Source: Spirochaetota bacterium (GTDB lineage: Bacteria > Spirochaetota > UBA4802 > UBA5550). Taken from it: a stretch of 64,000 nucleotides of DNA. The position numbers were made by a program, and so were the translations under genes. Position 1 is the stretch's first letter. Each line of letters starts with the position of its first letter. Shown piece after piece: positions 9,626 to 23,133 of this stretch. The notes beneath the pieces were generated by a model. It had not been told where the DNA came from, did no database searches, and saw only the letters and a program-made list of their open reading frames with translations. The stretch covers positions 63,337-127,336 of the forward strand of contig JAFGJK010000156.1 in the NCBI GenBank assembly GCA_016929135.1, read 5' to 3'.

Positions 9626-9810
9626 CAGGGGAGCTCCGCAAGCCCCGGCACTGTCAGCTCCGGCCGCCACCTAAATCCACGGACCATGAACTGTCCATGG
9701 CAATTCCCCGCCTGTTTTTACCGGGGCGTTCACCGGCGGGATCATCTTTTATTTTACTATTTTCATCCCCCGTCCGATACAATTAGTAGCAACGATCAGG
9801 CTGTTACCCT

Positions 9811-10539
9811 ATGAAATCAAAAATTGCATTCACCCTGGCCGCGCTGTGCATCGGCACAGCTGCATGGTCCCAGAATCTGAGCACCCAGGTGATCGATACC
9901 CAGACCGCCTACACGATTGAGCGAGGTGGATATCAGGTCTCCATCATGGGTTACAACGAGGGGGGTATCGAGCTGAAGACCATCATCGGCCTTCACGACA
10001 ACCTATTCCTGGGCGTGGCCTTCAATGTGGACCGCGCCATAGGAAAGGGGAGGGCCAGGGCGAACATTCCCGGAGTGATCGCGCGCATCAAGGTCACCGA
10101 TGGCGGGTTGATGTTCCCGGCGATCTCCATCGGATACGATTCCTTCTACATCGGCAGGGATGACCATGAATTCTGGGAATTCGATTACCGGCACAACACC
10201 ATCATCTACGGCCCCTACATCGCCCTGACGAGCCCAATCTATCTTTTCGGCGGAGAGCAGTATGTGAACTACGGCGTTCGGCTCCCCGTCCAGCCGGACT
10301 GGCGCCCCAATGACGTCTCCTATTTCATCGGCATCGACATACCCCTGGGTGAGTTCTTCAGGCTGAAGGGGGAGGTGGAGCGCGTCTTCTGGAACCTCAG
10401 GGACTCGGGTGACTGGATGTACAACGCCGGGATCCGGTACTCCTACGTCGATCAGCTGGGGATAGAATTCGCCATCATGTACGAACCGGGCGAGCGAATC
10501 AACAGGATACTTCGCATTGAATACAGGAACCAGTTTTAG
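9811..10539 (+). CDS. Putative outer-membrane beta-barrel protein
   Basis: Signal peptide, aromatic-rich alternating strands, C-terminal ..LRIEYRNQF. Confidence 0.7.
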   Translation: MKSKIAFTLAALCIGTAAWSQNLSTQVIDTQTAYTIERGGYQVSIMGYNEGGIELKTIIGLHDNLFLGVAFNVDRAIGKGRARANIPGVIARIKVTDGGLMFPAISIGYDSFYIGRDDHEFWEFDYRHNTIIYGPYIALTSPIYLFGGEQYVNYGVRLPVQPDWRPNDVSYFIGIDIPLGEFFRLKGEVERVFWNLRDSGDWMYNAGIRYSYVDQLGIEFAIMYEPGERINRILRIEYRNQF

Positions 10540-10987
10540 GCGCGTACTGGCGCTCTTCTTCTGCCTCACCGCCGCATCGCCGGTCACTGCAGTGTCTTCC
10601 CAGCGCATCTGCACATTGTCCATCACGGGGACCGGCGGGAACGTTGTCCACCTCCTCGCCGAGATCGCGGACACGGACACCCTGCGGAGCCGCGGGCTCA
10701 TGTTCCGAAAAGGGCTTGATAAAAACAGGGGCATGATTTTCATGTACAGCAGTGAGGAATACCTTACGTTCTGGATGAAAAATACCTATATCCCCCTGAG
10801 TATCGCGTACATAAGCGGAGAGGGAGTGATCCACGAGATCTACGACATGAAGCCACTGGACACTTCGATCGTGTATCCGTCGCGACTGCCCGCCCGCTAT
10901 GCCCTGGAGGTGAACCGGGGCTGGTTCAGAGAACACGGGATCACCCAGGGCTGCCGCGTGAACCTGTATGGATGCTTCGGTAAATAG
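10517..10987 (+). CDS. DUF192 domain protein
   Basis: AEIADT..RSRGLMFR..GMIF..FWMKNTYIPLSIAYI..YALEVNRGWF. Confidence 0.9.
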   Translation: MNTGTSFRRVLALFFCLTAASPVTAVSSQRICTLSITGTGGNVVHLLAEIADTDTLRSRGLMFRKGLDKNRGMIFMYSSEEYLTFWMKNTYIPLSIAYISGEGVIHEIYDMKPLDTSIVYPSRLPARYALEVNRGWFREHGITQGCRVNLYGCFGK

Positions 10988-12116
10988 AATACCCTCATCG
11001 AAAGACGAACGCGCATACCTCATCGCACTCCAGGGAAAACACGACGATCCGAAGGACATCGACTACTCGCTGAACGAGCTTATGCTGCTCGTCAAGACGG
11101 CCGGCGGCATCGTGGTGGACCGGCGCGTGGTCCGACGGTCAATGATAGACCCCGCCTACATCGTGGGGAGGGGGGTCAAGGATGAGCTCAGGGTCATCGT
11201 TCAGGAACGGGGGATCAAGCTCCTGGTCTTCGATCTCAACAACCTCAAGCCGGCGCAGATCCGGAATCTTGAGGAGGAGCTGCAGTGCCGTGTGGTGGGA
11301 CGTACCGAGGTGATTCTGGACATCTTCGCCAGGAGAGCCAGGAGCGCCGAATCGAAGATACAGGTGGAGCTCGCCCAGCTCAGGTATATTCTCCCGCGCC
11401 TCAAGGGGCTCGGAGGCGTCCTGTCCAGGCTCGGGGGCGGCATCGGCACCAGAGGGCCCGGTGAGAAGATGCTCGAAACGGACCGGCGTCACATAATGAA
11501 GCGAATCACAGTGCTGAGCAGGAAGCTGAAGGGGATCAAGAGCCACCGCGAACTGAGCAGAAAATCCAGGGCAGGGGAATTCGTCGGGGCCGTGGTGGGA
11601 TATACCAACGCGGGAAAATCATCGCTCATCAACACACTCGCCCGTGATGACCTCTTCGTGGAGGACAAGCTCTTCGCCACGCTGGAATCCTATACCAGGG
11701 TCGTCTACCTCTCGCCGGGAGCGAAGGTACTGCTCACCGACACGGTGGGGTTCATACGCAACCTCCCTGCGAACCTGGTGGAGTCCTTCCGCTCCACCCT
11801 GGAGGAGATAGAACATGCCGATTTCCTGCTGCACGTGGCGGACATATCGTCCGAAGACATCGATACAAACATATGCACGGTAGAGAGCGAGCTGCGCTCG
11901 ATCCGCTGCGCCGACAAGCCGGTGATCCTCTTCCTCAACAAATCGGACCTCCGGGAGGACCTTTCATCGATCCGGCACGTTCAGCGCAGGTACCCCGGAT
12001 CCATCGTCGGCTCGGTGAAAACCGGGGACGGCCTGGATGAACTAGTGGAGACGATCGGCCAGCTCCACCACTCGCTGTACAGCCACCCCACACGACGGCG
12101 TCCGGCTTCTGTTTGA
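10968..12116 (+). CDS. hflX: GTPase HflX
   Basis: ILDIFARRA, GTRGPGE, GYTNAGKS, LFATL, DTVGFI, NKSD. Confidence 0.96.
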   Translation: MDASVNRIPSSKDERAYLIALQGKHDDPKDIDYSLNELMLLVKTAGGIVVDRRVVRRSMIDPAYIVGRGVKDELRVIVQERGIKLLVFDLNNLKPAQIRNLEEELQCRVVGRTEVILDIFARRARSAESKIQVELAQLRYILPRLKGLGGVLSRLGGGIGTRGPGEKMLETDRRHIMKRITVLSRKLKGIKSHRELSRKSRAGEFVGAVVGYTNAGKSSLINTLARDDLFVEDKLFATLESYTRVVYLSPGAKVLLTDTVGFIRNLPANLVESFRSTLEEIEHADFLLHVADISSEDIDTNICTVESELRSIRCADKPVILFLNKSDLREDLSSIRHVQRRYPGSIVGSVKTGDGLDELVETIGQLHHSLYSHPTRRRPASV

Positions 12117-12236
12117 CAGCCGCTCCCCCGTCCCTGTATTATTATTGACTAAATTCAGTTCAATCTGATATATGTTCACTTCATCCTCACCATCAGAGGC
12201 AAATGACACCCAGCATGTAACACATAAGGGACGGTT

Positions 12237-14987
<2,751 letters not shown>

Positions 14988-14989
14988 CC

Positions 14990-16348
14990 ATGGCCGCGGC
15001 CCTGATGAAGAGCATCTCCGGCATACGGGGCATCGTCGGCGAAACACTGACGCCGGAGGTGATTCACCGTACCGGAGTCGCCATGGCGCGCTACACGAAG
15101 CGGGGGACCGTGGTGATCGGGCGCGACACCAGACCCACCGGCACCGCCATCGCCAGCGGCATCCAGTCCACGCTCCTCATGGCGGGCTGCAATGTCGTCG
15201 ATATCGGCGTCGTGCCGACCCCCACGGTCCAGATCATGGTGGAGGAGCTCAGGGCCGACGGCGGGATTGTGATCTCGGCATCACATAACCCGGTCCAGTG
15301 GAACGCCTTCAAGCTCGTCAGCGGATCGGGGTCATTTCTGGGCCCCGCTGAAATCAAGCGCTTTTTCGCCTTCATGGAACAGCCCTTCAAATTCGCCAGA
15401 TGGAACGGCTTCGGATATCTCACGATCAACGACGATGCCGAGCTCGTGCACATCGAGCGGGTACTGCGCGTGGTTGACCGGGACCTTATCAGGAAACGCG
15501 GGTTCACCGTGGTCCTCGATTCCGTGAACGGGGCAGGATCCATGATCACGCCGCGTCTGCTCTCCGATCTGGGATGCCGCGTGATTCCGGTGAACTGCGA
15601 GCCGGATGGCATGTTCCCGCGAGGGGCCGAGCCGCTCCCGGAGAACCTTTCCGATCTCTCCCAGCAGGTTCGACGGTACCGGGCCGACATCGGCTTCGCC
15701 CAGGACCCCGACGCCGACAGGCTCGCCGTGGTGAACGAGGAGGGGAGACCGGTCGGGGAGGAGTACACCATCGCCATGGTATCGGAGCACCTCCTCTCCA
15801 AGGAGCAGGGGCCGGTGGTCATCAACCTCTCCACCACCAAGGCCGTCGACGATATCGCTGTGCGTTACGGCGTAGAGTGCATACGTGCGAAGGTGGGAGA
15901 GATAAACGTGGTGGAGGAGATGCAGAGGCGCGGCGCCAGGATCGGCGGCGAGGGTAACGGCGGCGTCATCTCCCCGGAGGTGCATTACGGCAGGGACAGC
16001 CTGGCAGGTATCGCCTATATCCTGGAGATGCTGGCACAGAGGGATACAACGGTATCGCAGATCGTCAACGATCTGCCCGCATATGTGATGAAGAAGGGGA
16101 AGGTCGCATATAATCCCGCCAGGTTCGATAAAAGGAGACTGGATCGGATCAAGAAGAAGCACCGCGGCGAAAGGATTACCGAAACCGACGGGCTGAGAAT
16201 CGAATTCCGGAAAAACACGGATTTCAAGCAGGGATGGGTTCACCTGCGGCCTTCGAACACCGAGCCGATCTTCCGCATCATCGCAGAGGGGACCGATGAC
16301 GCCCAGGCACGGGCGATCTACCGCTACTTCAGCGATCTCTTGAAATGA
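14990..16348 (+). CDS. glmM: Phosphoglucosamine mutase / phosphomannomutase
   Basis: SISGIRG, ISASHNP, DPDADR, GGEGNGG, RPSNTEP. Confidence 0.8.
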   Translation: MAAALMKSISGIRGIVGETLTPEVIHRTGVAMARYTKRGTVVIGRDTRPTGTAIASGIQSTLLMAGCNVVDIGVVPTPTVQIMVEELRADGGIVISASHNPVQWNAFKLVSGSGSFLGPAEIKRFFAFMEQPFKFARWNGFGYLTINDDAELVHIERVLRVVDRDLIRKRGFTVVLDSVNGAGSMITPRLLSDLGCRVIPVNCEPDGMFPRGAEPLPENLSDLSQQVRRYRADIGFAQDPDADRLAVVNEEGRPVGEEYTIAMVSEHLLSKEQGPVVINLSTTKAVDDIAVRYGVECIRAKVGEINVVEEMQRRGARIGGEGNGGVISPEVHYGRDSLAGIAYILEMLAQRDTTVSQIVNDLPAYVMKKGKVAYNPARFDKRRLDRIKKKHRGERITETDGLRIEFRKNTDFKQGWVHLRPSNTEPIFRIIAEGTDDAQARAIYRYFSDLLK

Positions 16349-16376
16349 TCAGCAGTTACTCTTTTGCAGAACTCCG

Positions 16377-17327
16377 CTAGAAGAGAAATTTAATCCCCCC
16401 TCCCACGGACCAGTAGTGCACCGAGGTCCTGCCTGAAACCTGCACCGGCGTTGTGCCGTAGTAGACGGAGGTGTCGTGAGTAAAACCGGACGGGTGATAG
16501 TACCAGCGGGCCTCGGCGAATATGCTGAAAAACGAGAAGGGGATCACGCTGACGCCGATCCTGCCGGTCAGGGCGAAGAGATTCTGGTAATCCACCAGTT
16601 CCGTCTCCCCCAGCAGCCTCTGGTAATCGCGCAGGTGCAGCACGCCAGCCATGATACCGACATAGGGCATTGCGTACTGCCAGCGAAGCGTGATGATACA
16701 GTGTCCCGGTACGCAGAATACCCTGACCGCACCACACGGACCTCGTGCTCCCCGGCGGTCACGGTGAACTCTGAAAGGGGGGTCGTGCCCGCCTCATAGC
16801 CGTCAATGAACACCGATGCCCCCGAGGGATGTGAGGTGACGGAGATCCTTCCCGTTCCAAGCCCGGACAGGACCGCCCCCATGGTGCGGGAGACGATCAC
16901 CGCCCTCTCCAGGAGGTCATCCCCGGGGATACCGTATGGTCTTGGCATACAGGATCGCTCCGTTGTCGACTCGTACCGCCTTGACGGTACAGAGGGCGTT
17001 CGCATCGTTACCCGAGACGGATCCGAGCACCAGAATATCGGCGCGCGTGAGCCTGCCGGCTCTGATCACCCCTCCCGTATCAACCGCGCCGCTCTGCTCG
17101 AGGGCGATCTCGTCAAGGATCGTCCCGAGCTGGTTGCGTTCGAGCACGCGCAGGCCTCGGATCTCCGACAGAGCACCGGAGATGGCCTCCGGAATCATCC
17201 GTGAAAGAGACCTGGTGTCATTCCCGCCATAATTCCTGAAGTTCATCACCGCCACAGTTCTGTCGATTGCCAGGGCATTCGCCGAAATCGCCATAAGAGC
17301 CGTCACCACGAACGCGAACCGTTTCAT
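16377..17327 (-). pseudogene. CsgG/TolB-N-like + PEGA + beta-barrel exported protein split across three frames
   Basis: 17327-16917 signal peptide plus VAVMNF..RVLERNQL..ILDEIALEQSG; next frame PEGA (ISVTSHPSGASVFIDG..GTTP..GEHEVRV..GY); third frame barrel ending VGGGIKFLF. Confidence 0.75.
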
Positions 17328-17511
17328 AGAATCCCCCTCAGTATATCATCATCGCACAGTCTCACCCTTCACCCCCAGTCGTCAATTGAATATTTTGCGC
17401 TTGACAAATAATCATGCGGAAAGGATGTATCTGTAACTGTTGAAGAGGAGTATTCTGTACCGGTGCGGCACAGTCGAGCCCTCAAGGGTGCGATGCACCG
17501 GCGAGGGATTG

Positions 17512-17540
17512 TTGATTTCTTCCGCAAACGAGTATATACT
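17512..17540 (+). promoter_or_regulatory. Sigma70-type promoter of aspS
   Basis: TTGATT-17 nt-TATACT, 8 nt before the ATG. Confidence 0.65.
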
Positions 17541-17548
17541 GCTATTAT

Positions 17549-19351
17549 ATGACTGAACAGAAAAAACCGGACGTGCCCCCATTCGCCGAGCGCTCCTACT
17601 GCGGCGAGCTCGGCGAATCCAATGCGGGGAAAAGTGTTCATCTCTTCGGCTGGGTACACACGGTGCGCGACCTCGGGGGGATCATCTTCATTCACCTTCG
17701 GGATGTTACCGGAACGGTGCAGGTGGTGGTTGACGCAGCGTCCCCCCAGGCGCTGAAGGAAGCCGCATCCTCTCTGAAGAGCGAGTTTGTTGTGCACGCC
17801 CTAGGGCCCGTGCGTAAACGAGCTCCGGAGGCGGTGAATCCTTCACACCCCACCGGCACTATCGAGGTGCTGGCGGAGTCCATCGAGGTTCTCAACGATT
17901 CCCTGGTGCCTCCGTTCCCCATCGATTCCCCGGAACAGCCCGGCGAAGAGACCAGGCTGAAATACCGCTATCTCGACCTGCGCAGGGATGACATGCAGGA
18001 GGCGATACTGAAGCGGCACACCTGCGTACAGACGATGCGCCGGTACCTTAACAATCACCGGTTCTTCGAGATAGAAACCCCCACCCTGAACAAATCGACG
18101 CCCGAGGGGGCCAGGGACTTTTTGGTGCCCAGCAGGATAAACAGGGGGAGGTTCTACGCCCTGCCGCAGTCCCCCCAACTCTTCAAGCAGATACTGATGA
18201 TCTCGGGCTTCGACCGGTATTACCAAATCGTGAAGTGCTTCCGCGATGAGGATCTTCGTCATGACCGCCAACCGGAATTCACGCAGGTGGACCTCGAGTT
18301 TTCCTTCGTGACCCCCGACATCATCATGCGGGAGGTGGAGGGCCTCCTCGCCGACGTCGTTCGTGATATCAGGGGGATCGATGTGCCGTGCCCCTTCCCG
18401 CGGCTCACCTACGACCAGTGCATGGAGCGCTTCGGAACCGATGCCCCGGACACAAGGTTCAATCTGGAGCTCCGTAGGCTGGACGATATCTTCGCCAACA
18501 CCGGATTCAACCTCTTCAAATCGGCGCTCGCGGTTGGCGGCACCGTCAAGGGGATCGCAGTGCCGGACAACGGAACCTTTTCCAGAAAGACGGTCGACCA
18601 GCTGGCCGATGAGATCAGGCGCTTCGGCGCCAAGGGCCTCGCCACCGTCAGGTTCACCGGCGACGCCTTCGACGGCGGGATCACGAAATTCCTTGGGGAT
18701 GGCGAAAAGGCCGGGCTGGTGCACAGGTTCGGACTCAGCGGCCCGATGATGCTCTTCCTCATGGCCGATGCCGCCGCGGTGGTGAACGATTCGCTCTCCT
18801 ATCTCCGCCTGAAGATCGCCAGGCAGCAGGGGTTGATCGACGAGGACGCCCTCAATTTCCTCTGGGTAACCGATTTTCCTTTGTTCGAATACGACCCTGA
18901 AACCGGCAGCTACGGGGCGGTGCATCACCCCTTTACCGCACCGACACCCGGCTGCCTGGAGACACTGGATCACCTTACGCCGGAGAACGTGGCCACCGTG
19001 AAGGCGCAGGCGTACGATGTGGTTCTGAACGGCAGCGAGATCGGCGGCGGCTCCATCAGGATCCACACCACCGGAATTCAGAGCAGGATATTTTCGATCC
19101 TCGGAATATCGGACGAGGAGGCGAACGAAAAGTTCTCCTTTCTCCTGGAGGCGCTGCGATTCGGGGCCCCGCCGCACGGCGGCATCGCCCTGGGGCTCGA
19201 TCGCGTGATGATGCTGCTCCTCAAGCGGCATTCTATCAGGGACGTGATCGCGTTTCCGAAAACCCAGAAAGGCCAGTGCCTGATGAGCGATGCGCCATCG
19301 CACGTGTCCGATCATCAGCTCGCTGAGCTATCTATAAAGACCGTAAAGTAA
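17549..19351 (+). CDS. aspS: Aspartate--tRNA ligase
   Basis: RLKYRYLDLR, STPEGARDF, ALPQSPQLFKQ, FRDEDLR.DRQPEFTQ, PPHGGIALGLDR. Confidence 0.97.
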   Translation: MTEQKKPDVPPFAERSYCGELGESNAGKSVHLFGWVHTVRDLGGIIFIHLRDVTGTVQVVVDAASPQALKEAASSLKSEFVVHALGPVRKRAPEAVNPSHPTGTIEVLAESIEVLNDSLVPPFPIDSPEQPGEETRLKYRYLDLRRDDMQEAILKRHTCVQTMRRYLNNHRFFEIETPTLNKSTPEGARDFLVPSRINRGRFYALPQSPQLFKQILMISGFDRYYQIVKCFRDEDLRHDRQPEFTQVDLEFSFVTPDIIMREVEGLLADVVRDIRGIDVPCPFPRLTYDQCMERFGTDAPDTRFNLELRRLDDIFANTGFNLFKSALAVGGTVKGIAVPDNGTFSRKTVDQLADEIRRFGAKGLATVRFTGDAFDGGITKFLGDGEKAGLVHRFGLSGPMMLFLMADAAAVVNDSLSYLRLKIARQQGLIDEDALNFLWVTDFPLFEYDPETGSYGAVHHPFTAPTPGCLETLDHLTPENVATVKAQAYDVVLNGSEIGGGSIRIHTTGIQSRIFSILGISDEEANEKFSFLLEALRFGAPPHGGIALGLDRVMMLLLKRHSIRDVIAFPKTQKGQCLMSDAPSHVSDHQLAELSIKTVK

Positions 19352-19395
19352 GCCGGCTGTTATGGGCTGCGACAACTCAGATCCGCACATGAGGG

Positions 19396-20364
19396 GTGAT
19401 GGTCGAGACTAAATTCGAAATCGATGACATGTCACTGTACAAGCGTATCTGCGGGCACAATGACATGAATGTCAAGAAGATCGAGAAGCTCATCGGCGTG
19501 CACATCATTCCCCGGGGGAATACGCTCATCGTGAAGGCCGCGAAGGATAAGAGCGAATCGACCCAGCGGCTGCTGCACATCATGAGCGATTACCTGGCGA
19601 TGAAGGGAGCCGTATACGAGCTTGACGATTTCGACATCCGATACCTCGCCTCCTCTGTGATCGGCGGCAGGGAGATCAAGGCCGAGGACATGAACAGGCT
19701 GAGGATCACCTTCCAGGACTCGGGGAAATCAATCACGCCGAAGACGTTGAACCAGGCAGCGTACATCACCTCCATTTACAGGAAGCCCATCACCTTCTCC
19801 ACGGGACCGGCCGGCACCGGGAAGACCTATCTCGCCGTAGCCGTGGGGGTCAAGATGTTCATGAGCGGTTCGGTTGACAGGATCGTGCTCACCAGACCGG
19901 CGGTAGAGGCGGGCGAAAGCCTCGGCTACCTCCCCGGCGACCTGGTGCAGAAGATCAATCCATATCTCAGGCCGCTCTACGACGCGCTCTTCGACTTCCA
20001 GCCATTCGAGAAAATTTCAAAGCTCATCGAGCGAGGAAGCATTGAGATCGCGCCGCTGGCGTACATGAGGGGAAGGACACTGAACAACTCCTTTATAATT
20101 CTCGACGAGGCGCAGAACACCACCATATCGCAGATGAAAATGTTTCTCACCCGCATGGGGAACAACTCCAGGATTGTGATCTCCGGCGACGACACCCAGA
20201 TCGATCTTGAAAAACCGAAGCGCTCAGGTCTGCTCCACGCTATGAGGATCCTCCGCGACATCGAGGAGGTGAGCTTCATCCATTTCACGAAAGAGGATAT
20301 ATCCAGGCATCCGGTCGTGGAAAAGATTGTCGTAGCCTACGAAACCCAGGGGCACACGGAATAG
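19396..20364 (+). CDS. phoH: PhoH family ATPase
   Basis: GPAGTGKTYLA, RPAVEAGE.LGYLPG, AYMRGRT, DEAQN. Confidence 0.93.
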   Translation: MMVETKFEIDDMSLYKRICGHNDMNVKKIEKLIGVHIIPRGNTLIVKAAKDKSESTQRLLHIMSDYLAMKGAVYELDDFDIRYLASSVIGGREIKAEDMNRLRITFQDSGKSITPKTLNQAAYITSIYRKPITFSTGPAGTGKTYLAVAVGVKMFMSGSVDRIVLTRPAVEAGESLGYLPGDLVQKINPYLRPLYDALFDFQPFEKISKLIERGSIEIAPLAYMRGRTLNNSFIILDEAQNTTISQMKMFLTRMGNNSRIVISGDDTQIDLEKPKRSGLLHAMRILRDIEEVSFIHFTKEDISRHPVVEKIVVAYETQGHTE

Positions 20365-20369
20365 GGACG

Positions 20370-22655
20370 ATGAAACAAATCGCGCAGCTTACACTTCGCA
20401 CATTCACCCGAATATTCCGAACGCCGGATATCAAGTTCGCCTTTCTCTGCGTCATGGTGGTCATCGTCATATCGACATCGCTCCTTGCGATCGACATGAT
20501 CGGGGGGACCTACGAATACAATGTCAGCGATATCGCGCTGGAGGACATCCGCGTCCCCAAGGACATCTATTACGTCAACGAGGATGAGACCAGGATGCGC
20601 CAGATGGTCGCCGGGGAATCCGCGCCTCTGGTCTTCGACAGGGACGCATCGATCATGAATGAAAACCTCGCAATGATCAACATGCTCTTCAACCATGTCG
20701 ATTCCACCATCAAGAGCTTCCCGCCCATCGGGACCGACGACGTGCCCTTTTACATCATGGTAATCAAATCGAAGCTCCCCCAGTATCAGCAGTACAACGA
20801 GGCGATTCTCACTGAGATATTCTCATCACCGAAACCCTCAGATATCAAGCGTGCCGTCATCCAGGCGCTCATGCATTTCTACGACGAGAAGGGGAAGGGG
20901 ATCATCGAAAAGCCCTACGACAACCCGCTGAACATTAAGAATACCGGCGTGATCATCAGATCGATCAATTCGAATGCCACCGATACCGACATTGAGACCA
21001 TCTCTACACTTGAAAACCTGAAAACGATCGATGAGGCCAGGAAGATGATTCCCCGCGTGGCGTTCCAGTTTGCCCATACTATGCCTCAGAAGACGGTGAA
21101 CTCCATTGCTGGCATTGTCCAGTGGCACCTGAAGCCCAACACCAGGTTCAACCAGGAGGAAACGAAGCGCCGAATCGATGAAAAGGTGAAAAACCAGAAG
21201 CCGGTCATGGCGGTCCTGAAAAAGGGGCTGACCCTGGTAAGGGAAGGTGACACCATAACCCCCGAGGTGAAGTTCAGGATCGATATCTTCAACAAACACA
21301 CCCGCTCCACGCACTACGGATACATCTTCGGCGTATTCATCATACAGCTGGTGTTTCTCTTCGTGCTGGGCTTCTTCCTTCTTGACTACAGCTCGACGCT
21401 GATTCCGGATCGCAAGGCGATCATGATCATCTTCACGCTGATCGTCTTTTACCAATTCTACACCTTCTTCATTGCCAGATCGGAGACCCTGATGAATTCC
21501 GATCTCACCTTCGCCCTGGTGCTCCCCATACCCTTCGTGACGATGATCGTATCAATTCTCTATAACACCTATCTCGCGCTTCTGCTGGGCATATACTCCG
21601 TATTCTTCGCGACGATGATCGACGGCGGAAGTCTCTCCACCATGATCATCACCTTCGGCGCCGCCATCCTGGGCGTCTTCATCAACGCGAACGTCACCAG
21701 AAGGACCGATTTCCTCAGGGGCGGCTTTGTCATGGGCCTTGTCAACACCATCGTCATATTCGCGGTGGCGCTCATACAGGAGATCCCCATAGTCCGGGCG
21801 CTGAACAATGTCGTATACGCCTTCGCCAACGGCATCATCAACTCGATACTTGTCCTGGGAATCCTGCCGCTCTACGAGAATGTCTTCGGCATCACGACGA
21901 AATTCAAGCTCCTGGAGCTCTCCGACCTCAATGCCGACATATTCAAGCAGATGCTCCTTGAGGCCCCGGGAACCTACAACCATTCCCTTATCGTATCGAC
22001 CATGGCGGAGACCGCCTGCAAGGATATCAACGCTGACTACATGCTCGCCCGCGTGGGCGCCTTCTACCACGACATCGGCAAGATACCCGACGCGGCGATG
22101 TACATCGAAAACAAGGTGACCGATCCCAGGGCGAAAACCATGAAGCCGAAGGAATACACGAAGCTTATCACCTCGCACGTCGACAAGGGGGTCGAGATCG
22201 CCAGACAGAACATGCTTCCTGAAAACGTGATCGACTTCATCCGTGAGCACCACGGAGAAACCACGATGACCTATTTCTACCACCAGGCGCTGGCGGAGCT
22301 GGACACATCGACACAGGCGGAGACGATCGACAAGAGGGACTTCCAGTACAAGGGACCAAAACCGCACAGCAAGGAGACGGCGGTGGTCATGCTCGCCGAC
22401 GCCATCGAGGCGGCCTCGCGCTCGCTCCAGGAACCCACGAGGGAGAAGCTGCAGGGCATGGTCCGCCGGATCATCTACAACAAGCTCAATGACGGCGAGC
22501 TGGAGATGTCGGACCTCTCCATGACCGAATTGAGGACTATTCAGAACTCCTTTCTGAAGATACTCTACGGCATATTCCACACCAGGATCGAGTATCCGGA
22601 CCAGAAGGACGTGAAGAAACTGGAGAAAAAGGTCATGCCCAATGGCGCTGATTGA
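20370..22655 (+). CDS. 7TM-HD phosphohydrolase (PgpH-like, putative c-di-AMP phosphodiesterase)
   Basis: Extracytoplasmic domain, 7 TM segments, APGTYNHS, YHDIGK, EHHG, LADAIEAASR; located between phoH and ybeY. Confidence 0.9.
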   Translation: MKQIAQLTLRTFTRIFRTPDIKFAFLCVMVVIVISTSLLAIDMIGGTYEYNVSDIALEDIRVPKDIYYVNEDETRMRQMVAGESAPLVFDRDASIMNENLAMINMLFNHVDSTIKSFPPIGTDDVPFYIMVIKSKLPQYQQYNEAILTEIFSSPKPSDIKRAVIQALMHFYDEKGKGIIEKPYDNPLNIKNTGVIIRSINSNATDTDIETISTLENLKTIDEARKMIPRVAFQFAHTMPQKTVNSIAGIVQWHLKPNTRFNQEETKRRIDEKVKNQKPVMAVLKKGLTLVREGDTITPEVKFRIDIFNKHTRSTHYGYIFGVFIIQLVFLFVLGFFLLDYSSTLIPDRKAIMIIFTLIVFYQFYTFFIARSETLMNSDLTFALVLPIPFVTMIVSILYNTYLALLLGIYSVFFATMIDGGSLSTMIITFGAAILGVFINANVTRRTDFLRGGFVMGLVNTIVIFAVALIQEIPIVRALNNVVYAFANGIINSILVLGILPLYENVFGITTKFKLLELSDLNADIFKQMLLEAPGTYNHSLIVSTMAETACKDINADYMLARVGAFYHDIGKIPDAAMYIENKVTDPRAKTMKPKEYTKLITSHVDKGVEIARQNMLPENVIDFIREHHGETTMTYFYHQALAELDTSTQAETIDKRDFQYKGPKPHSKETAVVMLADAIEAASRSLQEPTREKLQGMVRRIIYNKLNDGELEMSDLSMTELRTIQNSFLKILYGIFHTRIEYPDQKDVKKLEKKVMPNGAD

Positions 22656-23112
22656 TCTTCAGTGCGAGGGCGTCCGGTTCCCCTTCGGAACATTGAGAAA
22701 AAAGCGGCTCCACCACCTGCTTGTCGCCGCGATCGAACGGCTCTCCCTGACGGACGTATCCCTCACGGTGATCTTCACCGACGACAGGTACATACGAAAA
22801 ATCAACAGAAAATTCAGGGGGAAAGACAGGGCCACCGACGTGATCAGCTTCTGCAACAGGGAGATGCCCTTCCCCTCGGGCGACGAGACGAATGAGGACC
22901 TGGGGGAGATTTACGTCTCACTGGAGCGGGCGAGGATACAGGCCGAGGAGTTCGGGGAGACGCTGGAGCGCGAGGTCGCCAGGCTCCTGGTTCACGGGCT
23001 GTTGCATCTCCTGGGGTATGACCACGAGGGCTCCAAGAGACGCCTGATTGAAATGGAACTGAAGGAGGAGGATCTTCTGGCATCGCTCTCCCCCCGACGA
23101 CCCGAGCATTGA
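22642..23112 (+). CDS. ybeY: rRNA maturation RNase YbeY
   Basis: ATDVISF, LGEIYVS, HGLLHLLGYDH. Confidence 0.95.
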   Translation: MALIDLQCEGVRFPFGTLRKKRLHHLLVAAIERLSLTDVSLTVIFTDDRYIRKINRKFRGKDRATDVISFCNREMPFPSGDETNEDLGEIYVSLERARIQAEEFGETLEREVARLLVHGLLHLLGYDHEGSKRRLIEMELKEEDLLASLSPRRPEH

Positions 23113-23133
23113 TGCCGCGGTAAAACCCGACGA

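Noticed and set aside
17460..17501. CCGGTGC..GCACCGG hairpin upstream of aspS as a T-box or sRNA
   Set aside because: There is no T-box consensus or terminator; a 7-bp GC stem is expected by chance at this GC content.
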